Shown: piece by piece, positions 16,150-26,227 of the stretch | Layout of the letters: every line of letters begins with the position of its first letter | Numbering within the stretch: the first letter of the stretch is position 1 | NCBI GenBank assembly: GCA_964521185.1 | Contig: CAZFRC010000003.1 | Coordinates: 2,112-66,111 of the forward strand | Direction of reading: 5' to 3' | Source of the DNA: an uncultured Candidatus Saccharibacteria bacterium | GTDB taxonomy: Bacteria; Patescibacteriota; Minisyncoccia; Phycocordibacterales; UBA12088 | DNA: 64,000 nucleotides | Notes under the pieces: model-generated | Database searches by the model: none | Seen by the model: the letters and a program-made list of their open reading frames with translations, nothing else | What the model was told of the DNA's origin: nothing | Translations under genes and position numbers: made by a program

Positions 16150-18336
16150 ATGCAGAAGAAAACATTTTCAACGGACATTGGCGGAAAAACACTAACCGCA
16201 GAGTTTACTGATCTCGCGGACCAAGCCCATGGTTCAGTGATATTGAGGTACGGAAAGACGGCGATCCTTGCGACTGCGGTCATGTCAGAAAAGTTACGGT
16301 CTGAGATTGATTATTTTCCTCTAACCGTTGATTATGAAGAAAAATTTTACGCTGCAGGCGCCATTCTTGGAAGCCGATTTATGCGAAGGGAAGGCCGACC
16401 ATCGGAAGAAGCTATTTTATCCGGTCGCATAGTTGATCGAACCATTCGACCTCTTTTTGATCATCGAATGCGAAATGAAGTTCAGGTGGTCATCACCATC
16501 CTCTCGATCGACGAGGATGACCCGGATGTTCTTGGCGTTATTGGCGCCTCGCTTGCCCTTTCAACTTCCGATATTCCGTGGGGAGGCCCCGTCTCTGCTA
16601 TACGCATCGGAAAGCAAAAGGATGGGACCGTCGTTATTAATCCAACCTATACTGCCAGAGATTCGGAAGACTACCTTTTTGACGTTCTGGTATGCGGCAA
16701 AGACAACACCATCAACATGATTGAGGTGGGAGCTCGTGAGGCTTCCGAAGAAGCAATCGGGGAAGCATTTGATTTAGCAATTCTTGAGCTTCAAAAAATT
16801 CAACAATTTCAAACGGATGTAATAGCACAGATGGGTCTTCCGAAAAAGAATGTCACCCTTCTTGAAACATCTACCGATTTACAAGCATTATTCCAAGCGT
16901 CATTTACCTCTCGACTACCTCTCGCGGTGATATCAGGAGAACCCGGAAAAAGTAAAATAGCTGCGCTTAAGAAGGAGTGGTTAGATACTGTCGCCGTTAC
17001 GCTTCCAGACGCGCTTTCAGGGGCCGACAGGCTGTTCGAGGAAGAGGTTGATGCGTGTATCCATCGCGAAGCAGTCGAAAATAACCGTCGAGCAGACGGG
17101 CGTGCGTTTGACGAAATTCGCCCTCTGTTCGCCGAAGCCGGAAATATGTCGGAAATACTTCACGGCTCGGGCATATTTTATCGGGGCGGAACGCATGTGT
17201 TTACCGCGCTCACACTTGGAGGACCTGGCGACTCTCAAATTCTTGACTCCATTGAATCTCAAGAAGAAAAGAAGCGGTTCATGCATCATTATAATTTCCC
17301 TCCATTTTCAACGGGAGAAACAGGTCGCCTCGGAGGAATGAACCGTCGAGCAATTGGACATGGAGCGCTTGCAGAAAAAGCACTGGTCGCGGTGATTCCT
17401 TCAAAAGAGATTTTTCCTTACACGATTCGATTGGTATCTGAATGCATGGCCTCAAACGGCTCAACTTCTATGGGATCGGTATGTGCAAGCACGCTCGCGC
17501 TAATGGACGGGGGAGTGCCGATTCTCCGTCCTGTCGCCGGAATTGCTATGGGACTTATGATCATGGGAGATTCCTATCGAATACTTACCGACATCCAAGG
17601 ACCCGAAGACCAGCACGGCGACATGGACTTCAAGGTTGCAGGAACTTCAGAAGGAATCACTGCGGTGCAGCTTGATATAAAATTAGACGGCGTTCGCGTT
17701 CCCATTCTTAAAGAAGCGCTGGCAGCGGCAAAGACGGCTCGTCTTAAAATCCTCAGTACCATTACCGAGGCAATTCCTGCCCCCCGTCCGGACATCTCTC
17801 CACGAGCTCCGAAAATTCTCACTACATTGGTAAAACGAGAACAAATCGGACTTGTGATCGGCCCTGGAGGCAAGACGATCAATGGTATCAAACAAGAAAC
17901 GGGCGTCGACGACATCACTATTGAAGACGACGGCACAGTATTTATCACTGGAAAAAACGGATCGGCCATACTTGCCAAACAAGCGATTGAAGAGTTAACG
18001 CGTGAATACAAAGTAGGGGACCGCTTTGACGGCACCGTCACAAGAATAGTCGATTTTGGCGCATTCGTTCGGATTGGAAAAAATACCGAAGGGTTAGTGC
18101 ACGTATCCGAAATTGCGCCATTTCGCATTGAACGAGTCGCCGACGCCTTATCCGAGGGAGAAACGGTGCCTGTGGTAATTCGAGAAATTGATGAAAAACA
18201 AAGAATTAATCTCTCGATCAAAATGGCAGATCCGTTATTCGCCGAACGAAAAGGACTTGTGGGCATCTCGCGAGAAAATTTGAATCATTCAGGGCATAAT
18301 GGAAGAAATGAAAGAAAACGATTTGAACGACATTAA
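16150..18336 (+). CDS. pnp: Polyribonucleotide nucleotidyltransferase (PNPase)
   Basis: Two RNase PH domains, then KH (GPGGKTINGIKQETGV) and S1 (GDRFDGTVTRIVDFGAFVRI). The start is set at the canonical MQKKTFSTDIGGKTL; the track ORF begins at TTG 16099. Confidence 0.93.
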   Translation: MQKKTFSTDIGGKTLTAEFTDLADQAHGSVILRYGKTAILATAVMSEKLRSEIDYFPLTVDYEEKFYAAGAILGSRFMRREGRPSEEAILSGRIVDRTIRPLFDHRMRNEVQVVITILSIDEDDPDVLGVIGASLALSTSDIPWGGPVSAIRIGKQKDGTVVINPTYTARDSEDYLFDVLVCGKDNTINMIEVGAREASEEAIGEAFDLAILELQKIQQFQTDVIAQMGLPKKNVTLLETSTDLQALFQASFTSRLPLAVISGEPGKSKIAALKKEWLDTVAVTLPDALSGADRLFEEEVDACIHREAVENNRRADGRAFDEIRPLFAEAGNMSEILHGSGIFYRGGTHVFTALTLGGPGDSQILDSIESQEEKKRFMHHYNFPPFSTGETGRLGGMNRRAIGHGALAEKALVAVIPSKEIFPYTIRLVSECMASNGSTSMGSVCASTLALMDGGVPILRPVAGIAMGLMIMGDSYRILTDIQGPEDQHGDMDFKVAGTSEGITAVQLDIKLDGVRVPILKEALAAAKTARLKILSTITEAIPAPRPDISPRAPKILTTLVKREQIGLVIGPGGKTINGIKQETGVDDITIEDDGTVFITGKNGSAILAKQAIEELTREYKVGDRFDGTVTRIVDFGAFVRIGKNTEGLVHVSEIAPFRIERVADALSEGETVPVVIREIDEKQRINLSIKMADPLFAERKGLVGISRENLNHSGHNGRNERKRFERH

Positions 18337-19561
18337 AAAAACAGAGGAGAATACCGACGCACAAACCCCGCTTCTCGTTTCAAATTCGTCCGTGACAGTC
18401 GATAGTGGTCTTGCTCGAAAAAATACTCTGGCATCGCTTCAAAGCGCGCTTACTGAAAATACGTCATCGTCCTTTGTTCACCCGACCTCTACAAAAGATG
18501 CCGTGAACGGGAATTCACCCTTGTCCGTTCCTCAACAAACAGACGCCTCCACAAAAGACGGCGGGGGTGGGCGTGTACCTCTGCCAACAGAGGGCCACGA
18601 AAACCCGAAATCCACTCCTCAAACCCCTCTCGATGCAGTAGCTACGAAGACGGCGTCTGGATCTGTCGTACGTCCTCTTCGCACCTTTCGAACTGACATT
18701 GAAAAAGTGGTTCAAGAAAAAAAAATGTCGGTAGTAAGCGCGATTGCTGCGGAAAGCGAGAAACGGTCACGCGAAAAAAATACAAAAAAAGAGGCGCGGA
18801 TGTCTACAAAAGCGCTCCTTGGTGTTGGCGGTAGTATTCTCCTTCTTGTACTTGCGGTAATCATATTGGGTGGCGCAGTCATTTGGAACGCGAATCGTGC
18901 TCCGATCATTACCACCATTACTTCCGACCAAATACCAGCTCTGATCTTTGTTGACGGCCACGAAGAGTACCGAATGGACACAAAATCCAGCGCAACGATT
19001 TTGAGGGAGCTTGCCGGCGTTGGTCAAAGCATTATGGGAAAGCTTGGATCTATGATTCAAATATATCCTACGGTATTGATACCAAAAACGGATTCAAGCC
19101 CTGAATATAAAAAACTTGTTACCGCTCCTGAATTTTTTGATGCCATAGAAGCACACATCACGAGCTCTTTCAGGCGTTCCATAGAAGAAGATATCACTAT
19201 GGGTTTCCATATCTTTGACGGAAATCAGCCGTTTATTATTATCAAAACCAATTTCTATGAAAATGCGTTTCGCGGAATGATTGCATGGGAAAAAACCATG
19301 GATATCGATCTTGATCCGTGGTTTCTTCCGCCGCAATCACGCAACGCGCAACTCACACAAAACACCGAAGCCACTTCCACCCTTACGTTTTCAAGCGTGG
19401 GGTTTGTTGACCGTCTTATTAAAAACAAAGAAGTGCGTATATATCCAAGGCAGGGCACATACGGTATTCTCTATGGATTTATCGACCGGGAGACGCTTGT
19501 CATTACCACCAACGAATTTACATTTGCAGAAATTGTACGTCGATTCCAATCTACACGGTAG
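18299..19561 (+). CDS. Hypothetical membrane protein: disordered N region, one TM helix, extracytoplasmic domain
   Basis: TM LLGVGGSILLLVLAVIILGGAVIW; no recognised domain; the start overlaps the pnp 3' end by 38 nt, so the true start may be later. Confidence 0.45.
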   Translation: MEEMKENDLNDIKKTEENTDAQTPLLVSNSSVTVDSGLARKNTLASLQSALTENTSSSFVHPTSTKDAVNGNSPLSVPQQTDASTKDGGGGRVPLPTEGHENPKSTPQTPLDAVATKTASGSVVRPLRTFRTDIEKVVQEKKMSVVSAIAAESEKRSREKNTKKEARMSTKALLGVGGSILLLVLAVIILGGAVIWNANRAPIITTITSDQIPALIFVDGHEEYRMDTKSSATILRELAGVGQSIMGKLGSMIQIYPTVLIPKTDSSPEYKKLVTAPEFFDAIEAHITSSFRRSIEEDITMGFHIFDGNQPFIIIKTNFYENAFRGMIAWEKTMDIDLDPWFLPPQSRNAQLTQNTEATSTLTFSSVGFVDRLIKNKEVRIYPRQGTYGILYGFIDRETLVITTNEFTFAEIVRRFQSTR

Positions 19562-19594
19562 CGATAATACAGTTTTTTGATATAGTGAATCCAT

Positions 19595-19972
19595 ATGATT
19601 GATATTGCCGAAGCAAAGAGCTGGTTAGAAGAAGAGAAAGGTCTTCTTGAAAACGAGCTCGCGAGCGTTGGGAAACGAAATCCCTCAAATCCCTCTGACT
19701 GGATGCCGACTTCTGGATCCGTAGTCGGAGACACTGCGGAAGAAAGCGAGATGGCTGACGAAATGGAGGAGTTGGGTACTAATGCGGCTATCTTAAACGA
19801 TCTAGAAATTCGGTATCATGCCGTGCTTCGTGCACTTTCCAAAATTGAGGCTGGCACATATGGCATGTGTGAAATCTCGGACCATCCCATTGAAGACGAT
19901 CGTCTGCGCGCAAATTTTGCCGCACGTACCTGCACCGCACACATGCACAACGAGGAATCGCTCCCCGAGTAA
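19595..19972 (+). CDS. DksA/TraR-family protein with a degenerate C4 zinc finger (C-x2-S ... C-x2-H)
   Basis: GTYGMCEISDHPIEDDRLRANFAARTCTAHMH aligns to the DksA C-terminal finger; coiled-coil N region. Confidence 0.6.
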   Translation: MIDIAEAKSWLEEEKGLLENELASVGKRNPSNPSDWMPTSGSVVGDTAEESEMADEMEELGTNAAILNDLEIRYHAVLRALSKIEAGTYGMCEISDHPIEDDRLRANFAARTCTAHMHNEESLPE

Positions 19973-19973
19973 G

Positions 19974-21509
19974 ATGTTCGCGAAAGTTTACAGCGCACAA
20001 CCATTATTTCTTGATTCTGCACACATTACCGTTGAAGCCGATTTATCGAGAGGTTTGTATTCGTTTTCCATAGTGGGTCTTCCCGATAAAGCGGTTGAAG
20101 AGGCGCGCGATCGCGTATCAAGTGCCATAAAAAACTCCGGGTTCCCATCACCCAAAAGCCAAAATCGTAAAGTAGTCGTGTCTCTCGCCCCTGCGGATAT
20201 CAAAAAAGAAGGCGCTGCTTTTGATCTTCCCATTGCGCTTGCATATCTTGCCGCGAGTGAAAATATTACCTTTAATCCGGAACGCCGAGCATTTCTAGGA
20301 GAACTTTCGCTTGAAGGAGAAATTCGTCCTGTTCGTGGAACGCTTTCCGCAGCGCGATCACTGAAGATCGCCGGATTTCGTGAATTGTACGTGCCAAAAG
20401 CAAATGCGGCGGAAGCTGCTTTGGTCGATGGAATTGAAATATACGGAGTACAGACATTGAGAGAACTTGTGGAGCATCTCCACACCAAGAAAGGTGGTGG
20501 CGTGCGATCAGTTCGAATATCGCCTACCGCCCACACGTCTTTTTCTCCCACACTTCAAAATGAAACATTGTTGGATTTTGGTGATATACGAGGACAAGAA
20601 ACAGCAAAACGTGGTCTTGAGATAGCGGCGGCAGGTCGTCACAATATAGTGCTCTATGGTCCTCCCGGAACAGGGAAGACATTGCTTGCTCGTGCATTTA
20701 CTGGAATCCTCCCTCCGCTGTCGTTTGAAGAGGCGCTCGAAGTTACGGCGATACATTCGATGTCTGGTACTTTATCCGGAAGCGTGATGGGGGTCGCACC
20801 GTTTCGATCGCCTCACCACACCGCGTCATATGTGGCGCTTGTCGGCGGAGGACAAAATGTACGGCCCGGAGAAATCACTTTGGCGCATCGAGGAGTTTTA
20901 TTTCTCGATGAATTTCCTGAATTCGACCGTCGTGCCATCGACGCGCTACGCGAACCCCTTGAGGCGGGGGTAGTGACCGTATCGAGAGCACGAGGCAGCA
21001 TATCATTTCCTGCCAATTTTATTCTTATCGCTGCAATGAACCCTTCCCGCGGCCACGAACATGAACATGATGCCATCGCCGTACGAGAACGGCTTCGATA
21101 CCAACAAAAAATCTCAGGACCCATAGCAGACCGTATTGATATGTGGATCGAAGTGCCCCACGTTCCTCACGACACGTTATCAAAGAAACGCGCCTCGAAC
21201 GAAGTGGAATCCCCAAAAATTCGAGACCGGGTCGCCGAATCAAGAAACCGCCAACGGGAGCGGCTTGGCGAAACAAAAACAAATAGCGATATGACAGTGA
21301 AAGACATCGATCGCCACATCGTTCTTTCTCCAACCGTGGCGCAACTGCTCGATGATTCTGCACGGACACTTTCCCTATCGCCACGATCATATCATCGCGT
21401 TATCAAATTGGCGCGAACCATTGCTGATCTGTCCGGAAAAGAAACGATAGACAGTTCGCACATACTTGAAGCGCTCCATTACCGTCCAAAAAAATTATTT
21501 GATTCGTAG
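19974..21509 (+). CDS. comM: Mg-chelatase-like AAA+ protein, ComM/YifB family
   Basis: N-term Lon-like ChlI region (SFSIVGLPDKAVEEARDRV); Walker A GPPGTGKT; Walker B LFLDEFPEF; C-terminal Mg_chelatase_C. The ATG at 19974 starts 1 nt after the DksA-like stop; the track ORF extends further upstream. Confidence 0.88.
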   Translation: MFAKVYSAQPLFLDSAHITVEADLSRGLYSFSIVGLPDKAVEEARDRVSSAIKNSGFPSPKSQNRKVVVSLAPADIKKEGAAFDLPIALAYLAASENITFNPERRAFLGELSLEGEIRPVRGTLSAARSLKIAGFRELYVPKANAAEAALVDGIEIYGVQTLRELVEHLHTKKGGGVRSVRISPTAHTSFSPTLQNETLLDFGDIRGQETAKRGLEIAAAGRHNIVLYGPPGTGKTLLARAFTGILPPLSFEEALEVTAIHSMSGTLSGSVMGVAPFRSPHHTASYVALVGGGQNVRPGEITLAHRGVLFLDEFPEFDRRAIDALREPLEAGVVTVSRARGSISFPANFILIAAMNPSRGHEHEHDAIAVRERLRYQQKISGPIADRIDMWIEVPHVPHDTLSKKRASNEVESPKIRDRVAESRNRQRERLGETKTNSDMTVKDIDRHIVLSPTVAQLLDDSARTLSLSPRSYHRVIKLARTIADLSGKETIDSSHILEALHYRPKKLFDS

Positions 21510-21623
21510 AGCCAGTGGTCGATATTACCTAACATTCTACGACCGTGAACAATTAGGTAATGCGTGTCCCGTTCAAATATCGAAAGATTCAAACGAAAAC
21601 ACTCACTGAAACGGAGAATATTT

Positions 21624-22769
21624 TTAGAACGGATTCTTAGCTCCGCGAATCTCAAAATGGAGATGAGATCCCGTGGCACGTCCCGTTGCCCCCACATATC
21701 CAACCACTTCTCCCTGTTCAACCACTGCTCCAGTCGAGACGGCATTTTGGCTGTGATGAGCATACAGCGTCTGCGTACCGTTTGCGTGCGACACAACCAC
21801 ATAATTACCATACCCACCATTCCATCCTCCGGATCGGCTCACGACCACTGTTCCAGCAGCAGACGCGCGAACCGGCGTCCCAACTGGAGCGGCAATGTCA
21901 ATACCGTTATATCCGTGAATTCCTTGCGTTTTTCTGCCAATCGGAAGTGGGTGCATAAAGAATCCAACCAACTCAGGTCCGCTTGTGCCTCGTATGATCG
22001 AACGGCTCGACCCTGAATATGTTGTCACCACTGGAGCAACTTCGCCGTAAGGAATAATGAGAACATCTCCCACCGAAAGCGAAGATCCCTCTTCAAGCCC
22101 GTTGTAGGAGAGCACTTCTTCGAGATCACCTTTGTATTTTTTGACGATTCCGGCAATAGTTTCCCCTTTCACCACCGTATGTCGAACCCCTGTAACTGGC
22201 AATATGACCAGCATTTCTCCTTCTTTAATCAAAGTGCCTCGTTTAATGTCATTTGCCCATAAAATAGTATTGACTGAAACACCATACATTTCTGCAATTT
22301 CAGATAACGAGTCTCCGGACCGGACTACGTAAATACTGACCTGGTCAGTCTTTGGCGTTTCGTCTACAAAAGTGCCCGAGGGTCCTTCGGAGGGAAGAAT
22401 AAGAGCCCCATCAACTACAGTAATATCGCCTCCTCCTCGAGGAAGCAGCCGCTCTGGTGTGCGAAGCGCAAATAACAGTGGAATGTTTTGAGAGTTGTAT
22501 GCTGTTCCTTCTTGAGACACGGAAGATGAAAATGCTACCTCGGAAAAAAAGCGGCGAAGTGAAAACGCTTCAGGAATAAAGCCTGCATGAGCAAGAAGAG
22601 GCACGCCGACAAAAAGCACGAGCGTAAAAAAACCTACAATATATGTTCCCATGGACGGCTCTCGCCGAGAACTCAAGAAAGAGCTGGGATTTTTTGTATG
22701 AGAAGTGATACGCAATGTATTAAATGGTAATGTCACGAGTCCAGTATATAAATGGCTTAACAAAGCCAT
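21624..22769 (-). CDS. M23-family metallopeptidase with two LysM domains
   Basis: LysM repeats YVVRSGDSLSEIAEMYGVS and HTVVKGETIAGIVKKYKGD; M23 motifs HxGIDIAAPVGTPV and HLHFEIR; an alternative start at internal Met 22652 gives an N-terminal signal anchor. Confidence 0.88.
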   Translation of the reverse strand: MALLSHLYTGLVTLPFNTLRITSHTKNPSSFLSSRREPSMGTYIVGFFTLVLFVGVPLLAHAGFIPEAFSLRRFFSEVAFSSSVSQEGTAYNSQNIPLLFALRTPERLLPRGGGDITVVDGALILPSEGPSGTFVDETPKTDQVSIYVVRSGDSLSEIAEMYGVSVNTILWANDIKRGTLIKEGEMLVILPVTGVRHTVVKGETIAGIVKKYKGDLEEVLSYNGLEEGSSLSVGDVLIIPYGEVAPVVTTYSGSSRSIIRGTSGPELVGFFMHPLPIGRKTQGIHGYNGIDIAAPVGTPVRASAAGTVVVSRSGGWNGGYGNYVVVSHANGTQTLYAHHSQNAVSTGAVVEQGEVVGYVGATGRATGSHLHFEIRGAKNPF

Positions 22770-22947
22770 TTATTTAAGAAAGCATCCACGGAGTACCCCC
22801 CAACTATACTTACCTGGAGGCGAGAGTCAATCACTTATCCACAAAGCTATCCACTTGCATACTATTTGACAAGATGGCTGTTTTGTCGTCATACTATGGT
22901 TAGTAAATATCCGGCCACAATCCCGCGGCCCCAGGAAGGAGGTTCCG

Positions 22948-23328
22948 ATGAAGAAGATGGTGCGGTACTTCTGCATCTACCTAGTCATTTTCTTATCAAT
23001 TTTTTTCTCCGGGACACCATACGGTGTTCCACCCCCTACTATAGAACTAAAATACTATTCGGAAGTGGAGATATTTTACCTGGATGAAACAAGCACCCCA
23101 AGACCCACACAATGTGGGGTGAAGGGGGTTTTTCACGTATTATATCTCGAAGAAAGACAGAGAGTACTGTTGGCATCCACGGAGAATTCAGAGATTGTTT
23201 GCCTGTCAGGCAAACACAAAATTTTCATCGTGAATCCATTAAATCTAGAAATAATGTTTAACAAAAAAGTAATTCAGGCACAGAGAATTACTCTCAAAGA
23301 GTTGATAAAAAGAATGGGGGGGAAATGA
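22948..23328 (+). CDS. Hypothetical small secreted protein (signal peptide)
   Basis: Strong SD AGGAAGGAGGT upstream of the ATG; N-term MKKMVRYFCIYLVIFLSIFFSG; terminator-like structure downstream. Confidence 0.55.
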   Translation: MKKMVRYFCIYLVIFLSIFFSGTPYGVPPPTIELKYYSEVEIFYLDETSTPRPTQCGVKGVFHVLYLEERQRVLLASTENSEIVCLSGKHKIFIVNPLNLEIMFNKKVIQAQRITLKELIKRMGGK

Positions 23329-23337
23329 TGAATAGGA

Positions 23338-23390
23338 GGCGCCGCTTGCAGTTGTCAATTTTCTGACACCAAGGGCGCTTTTTTGTTTTT
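23338..23390 (+). terminator. Candidate terminator after the small secreted-protein gene
   Basis: GGCGCC ... GGCGC stem with a long loop, followed by TTTTTTGTTTTT. Confidence 0.4.
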
Positions 23391-23439
23391 ATAGAAAAAA
23401 TTTTAGAAAATTCGTGGGAATAGATGCTATAGTGCCGAT

Positions 23440-25341
23440 GTGCTTGATTATTTACATACACTAAACCATGAACAGCGAAAGGCTGTCGAACATACTGATG
23501 GGCCGATTTTGATACTCGCGGGAGCGGGAGCGGGAAAGACAAAAACGATCACGCATAGGATACTCCATTTGATCCATAGGGGTGTTGAACCGGATCAGAT
23601 ATTGGCTATTACCTTTACGAACAAAGCCGCTCGAGAGATGCGTGAGCGGGTCAATTCGCTCGTTCCTGAAAAACTCCGTGACGGCCGCGGTCCGTTTTTG
23701 TCCACCTTCCACGCGCTTGGCGCGATGATTCTTCGAGAAAATGCGCAGAAGATTGGGTTGACCAGACATTTCACCATCCTCGACCGAGGAGATTCTTTGA
23801 AGGTGGTGAAAGATACTCTTATCCAGCTTGGATATGATCCGAAGCAGTTTGAACCAAGAAAAATTTTGGCGGGAATTTCGCGCGCAAAAGGAGACGGCAA
23901 GTCACTGGAGACTTTTTTTGAAGTCGTTCACAGCTTTCAGAATCGGCTCATAGGATCAGTATGGGAAAAGTACGACGCCACACTACGCAAAGAAAAGGCG
24001 CTCGATTTTGATGATCTTCTCTTCAAAATGCTTACGCTCCTTCGCGAGAATCCTGATTTACGAAGCCATTACCAGACGCGATGGAACTATATCCACGTTG
24101 ATGAATATCAGGATACGAACGGCGTGCAGTATGAAATTATCCAGGTTTTGGGAGCAAAGCATAGAAACATTTGTGTTGTGGGAGATCTCGATCAGTCAAT
24201 CTACAGCTGGAGAGGCGCAACCATTGACAACATTCTTTCGTTTGAGAAGGATTATCCGGATGCCGCCGTACATGTACTTGAACAAAACTACCGATCCACC
24301 AAAACCATCCTTGCGGTCTCAAACGATATTATTGAAAAAAACATCAAGCGACGAAAAAAACGGATGTTTACAGACAACGCGGACGGGGAATCCGTGTCAC
24401 TGTTTGCCGCGTATGACGAAAAAGATGAGGCGGCGTTTATCGCAACGAAAGCGAAGCGCCTCATAGAAAATGGTGTGTCTCCGAAAGACATCGCGGTTTT
24501 ATACCGAACAAACTTTCAATCACGCGCCATTGAAGAAGCGTGTCTTGCTCTCGGCATCCCGTATCACGTAATCGGCACGCGTTTTTTTGAACGAAAGGAA
24601 GTAAAGGATGTCATGTCGTTTATTCGTGCCGCATTAAACCCAGGTGGTACGAACGATATTGCTCGTATCGCCAACGTGCCGCCGCGAGGCATTGGCAAAG
24701 TAACGCTTCTGAAAATGCTTTCGGGACAGACGGTTTCGGGAGCAGCGGGGGAGAAAGTGCGGGAGCTTACAGAGTTGCTTCGTGGGATTGAGAACACTGC
24801 GCGAAGTGAAAAACCTTCTGCAACACTTCGATACATCGTAGGGAAAACTGGGCTCGATGCCTATTACAAAAAAGGAGGCAATGAGGATCTCGAGCGTTTA
24901 AAAAACATCGAAGAGCTGGCAACCATCGCCTCATCGTACGATGAACTGCCTCCGGAAGAAGGCATTCTCGCGTTTCTTGAACATGTAGCGCTCCATAGCG
25001 ATCAGGACGACATGCCGGATAAACCGGAAGGCATCGCGCTCCTCACCGTACACGCGGCAAAAGGGCTTGAATTTTCCTATGTGTTTATTACCGGACTTGA
25101 AGCGGGGCTCTTTCCTATAGAACGAGATCCTGATGAAGATGGAGAAGAAGAGCGGCGATTATTTTATGTGGCGCTCACCCGCGCAAAACAAAAATTGTTT
25201 CTTTCGTTCGCGTCCGCAAGAACCATTTTTGGTTCAAGAACCCTTACGGTGCCATCAGAATTTCTTTCCGATATTGATCCTGTCCATCTTGTGGAAGAAG
25301 AGCGTCCACACGGACTCGGTAAAGTGATATATCTTGAGTAA
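23440..25341 (+). CDS. ATP-dependent DNA helicase, UvrD/PcrA family (SF1)
   Basis: Walker A ILAGAGAGKTKTITHRI; motifs TFHALG, VDEYQDTN, VGDLDQSIY, YRS, VALTRAK. Confidence 0.9.
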   Translation: MLDYLHTLNHEQRKAVEHTDGPILILAGAGAGKTKTITHRILHLIHRGVEPDQILAITFTNKAAREMRERVNSLVPEKLRDGRGPFLSTFHALGAMILRENAQKIGLTRHFTILDRGDSLKVVKDTLIQLGYDPKQFEPRKILAGISRAKGDGKSLETFFEVVHSFQNRLIGSVWEKYDATLRKEKALDFDDLLFKMLTLLRENPDLRSHYQTRWNYIHVDEYQDTNGVQYEIIQVLGAKHRNICVVGDLDQSIYSWRGATIDNILSFEKDYPDAAVHVLEQNYRSTKTILAVSNDIIEKNIKRRKKRMFTDNADGESVSLFAAYDEKDEAAFIATKAKRLIENGVSPKDIAVLYRTNFQSRAIEEACLALGIPYHVIGTRFFERKEVKDVMSFIRAALNPGGTNDIARIANVPPRGIGKVTLLKMLSGQTVSGAAGEKVRELTELLRGIENTARSEKPSATLRYIVGKTGLDAYYKKGGNEDLERLKNIEELATIASSYDELPPEEGILAFLEHVALHSDQDDMPDKPEGIALLTVHAAKGLEFSYVFITGLEAGLFPIERDPDEDGEEERRLFYVALTRAKQKLFLSFASARTIFGSRTLTVPSEFLSDIDPVHLVEEERPHGLGKVIYLE

Positions 25342-26224
25342 AATGCACAAGCGAATATTACGGAAAAAAATTGGACGAGGAAGGCATGTCCCCCACACAA
25401 GATTGGGTCAGCATTTTCTTACTGCCGCATCGGTGCTTACAGAAATCGTTAATACCGCTTCGATCAATCCAAATGAGATTGTGTTAGAGGTAGGACCCGG
25501 AAAGGGAATCCTTACCGAAGTACTCCTCACAAAAACGCGGCAGGTGGTTGCCGTGGAAAAAGATACCGGTCTTGTTTCGTATCTTTCCAAAAAATTTATG
25601 GGGGAAATTTCTAGCGGGCAACTCAAACTAATCGAGGGCGACATACGGAATATTAATCTGTCTCCGCTTTTCTCCGCAGAGCATCCTTTCATTGTCGTTG
25701 CAAATATCCCCTATTATCTAACCGGAGAGTTGCTGCGGCAGTTGTTGTCCGGCTCTCCCAAACCTTCTCGCATGGTGCTGTTGGTCCAAAAAGAAGTTGC
25801 GATACGTATTGCACGGTCAAAAAAAGAATCCGTACTTTCACTTTCGGTCAAAGCCTTTGGAGAGCCTCGATACGTGCGTACCGTGCGAAAGGGAAGCTTC
25901 AGTCCGCCTCCCAAAATAGATTCGGCGATTATCGCAATAGAACACATCCGAAACTATCTTACGCCAAAAGAAGAAAGGGTATATTTTGATCTTATTCATG
26001 CCGCGTTTTCAAAAAAACGCGGCATCGCCATTCGCCGCTTTGAGTCAGAATTTCCCTCGATACCTTTTGCCGCTGTTTTTGAAACCTTGCAGCTCCCTCG
26101 CACAGTCCGCCCTGAGGATATGGTGTTTGAGCAGTGGATACGCCTAACCCGCATCATCACAAAAAACAAACACAGGAGGAAAAACGCATTTGGCGCTCTC
26201 ACGAGTCATCGGTATACTTACTAA
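25334..26224 (+). CDS. rsmA: 16S rRNA (adenine1518/1519-N6)-dimethyltransferase RsmA/KsgA
   Basis: GQHFLTAASVLTEIV...VLEVGPGKGILTEVLL SAM-binding motif; overlaps the helicase gene by 8 nt. Confidence 0.88.
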   Translation: MSKMHKRILRKKIGRGRHVPHTRLGQHFLTAASVLTEIVNTASINPNEIVLEVGPGKGILTEVLLTKTRQVVAVEKDTGLVSYLSKKFMGEISSGQLKLIEGDIRNINLSPLFSAEHPFIVVANIPYYLTGELLRQLLSGSPKPSRMVLLVQKEVAIRIARSKKESVLSLSVKAFGEPRYVRTVRKGSFSPPPKIDSAIIAIEHIRNYLTPKEERVYFDLIHAAFSKKRGIAIRRFESEFPSIPFAAVFETLQLPRTVRPEDMVFEQWIRLTRIITKNKHRRKNAFGALTSHRYTY

Positions 26225-26227
26225 GCA

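Noticed and set aside
17574-18266. 230-aa minus-strand ORF antisense to pnp; similar long antisense ORFs at 11442-11915 (in cca), 44013-44747 (in the PBP gene), 19988-20551 (in comM), 34155-34742 and 32859-33359 (in the VirB4 ORFs)
   Set aside because: They lie entirely inside well-supported genes on the opposite strand and have low-complexity composition, so they are shadow ORFs.
22866-22898. TTGACA -35-like hexamer upstream of the small secreted-protein gene
   Set aside because: No acceptable -10 hexamer lies at a 16-19 nt spacing (the best candidates, catact and tactat, are at 18-21 nt with two or more mismatches), so it is not reported as a promoter.
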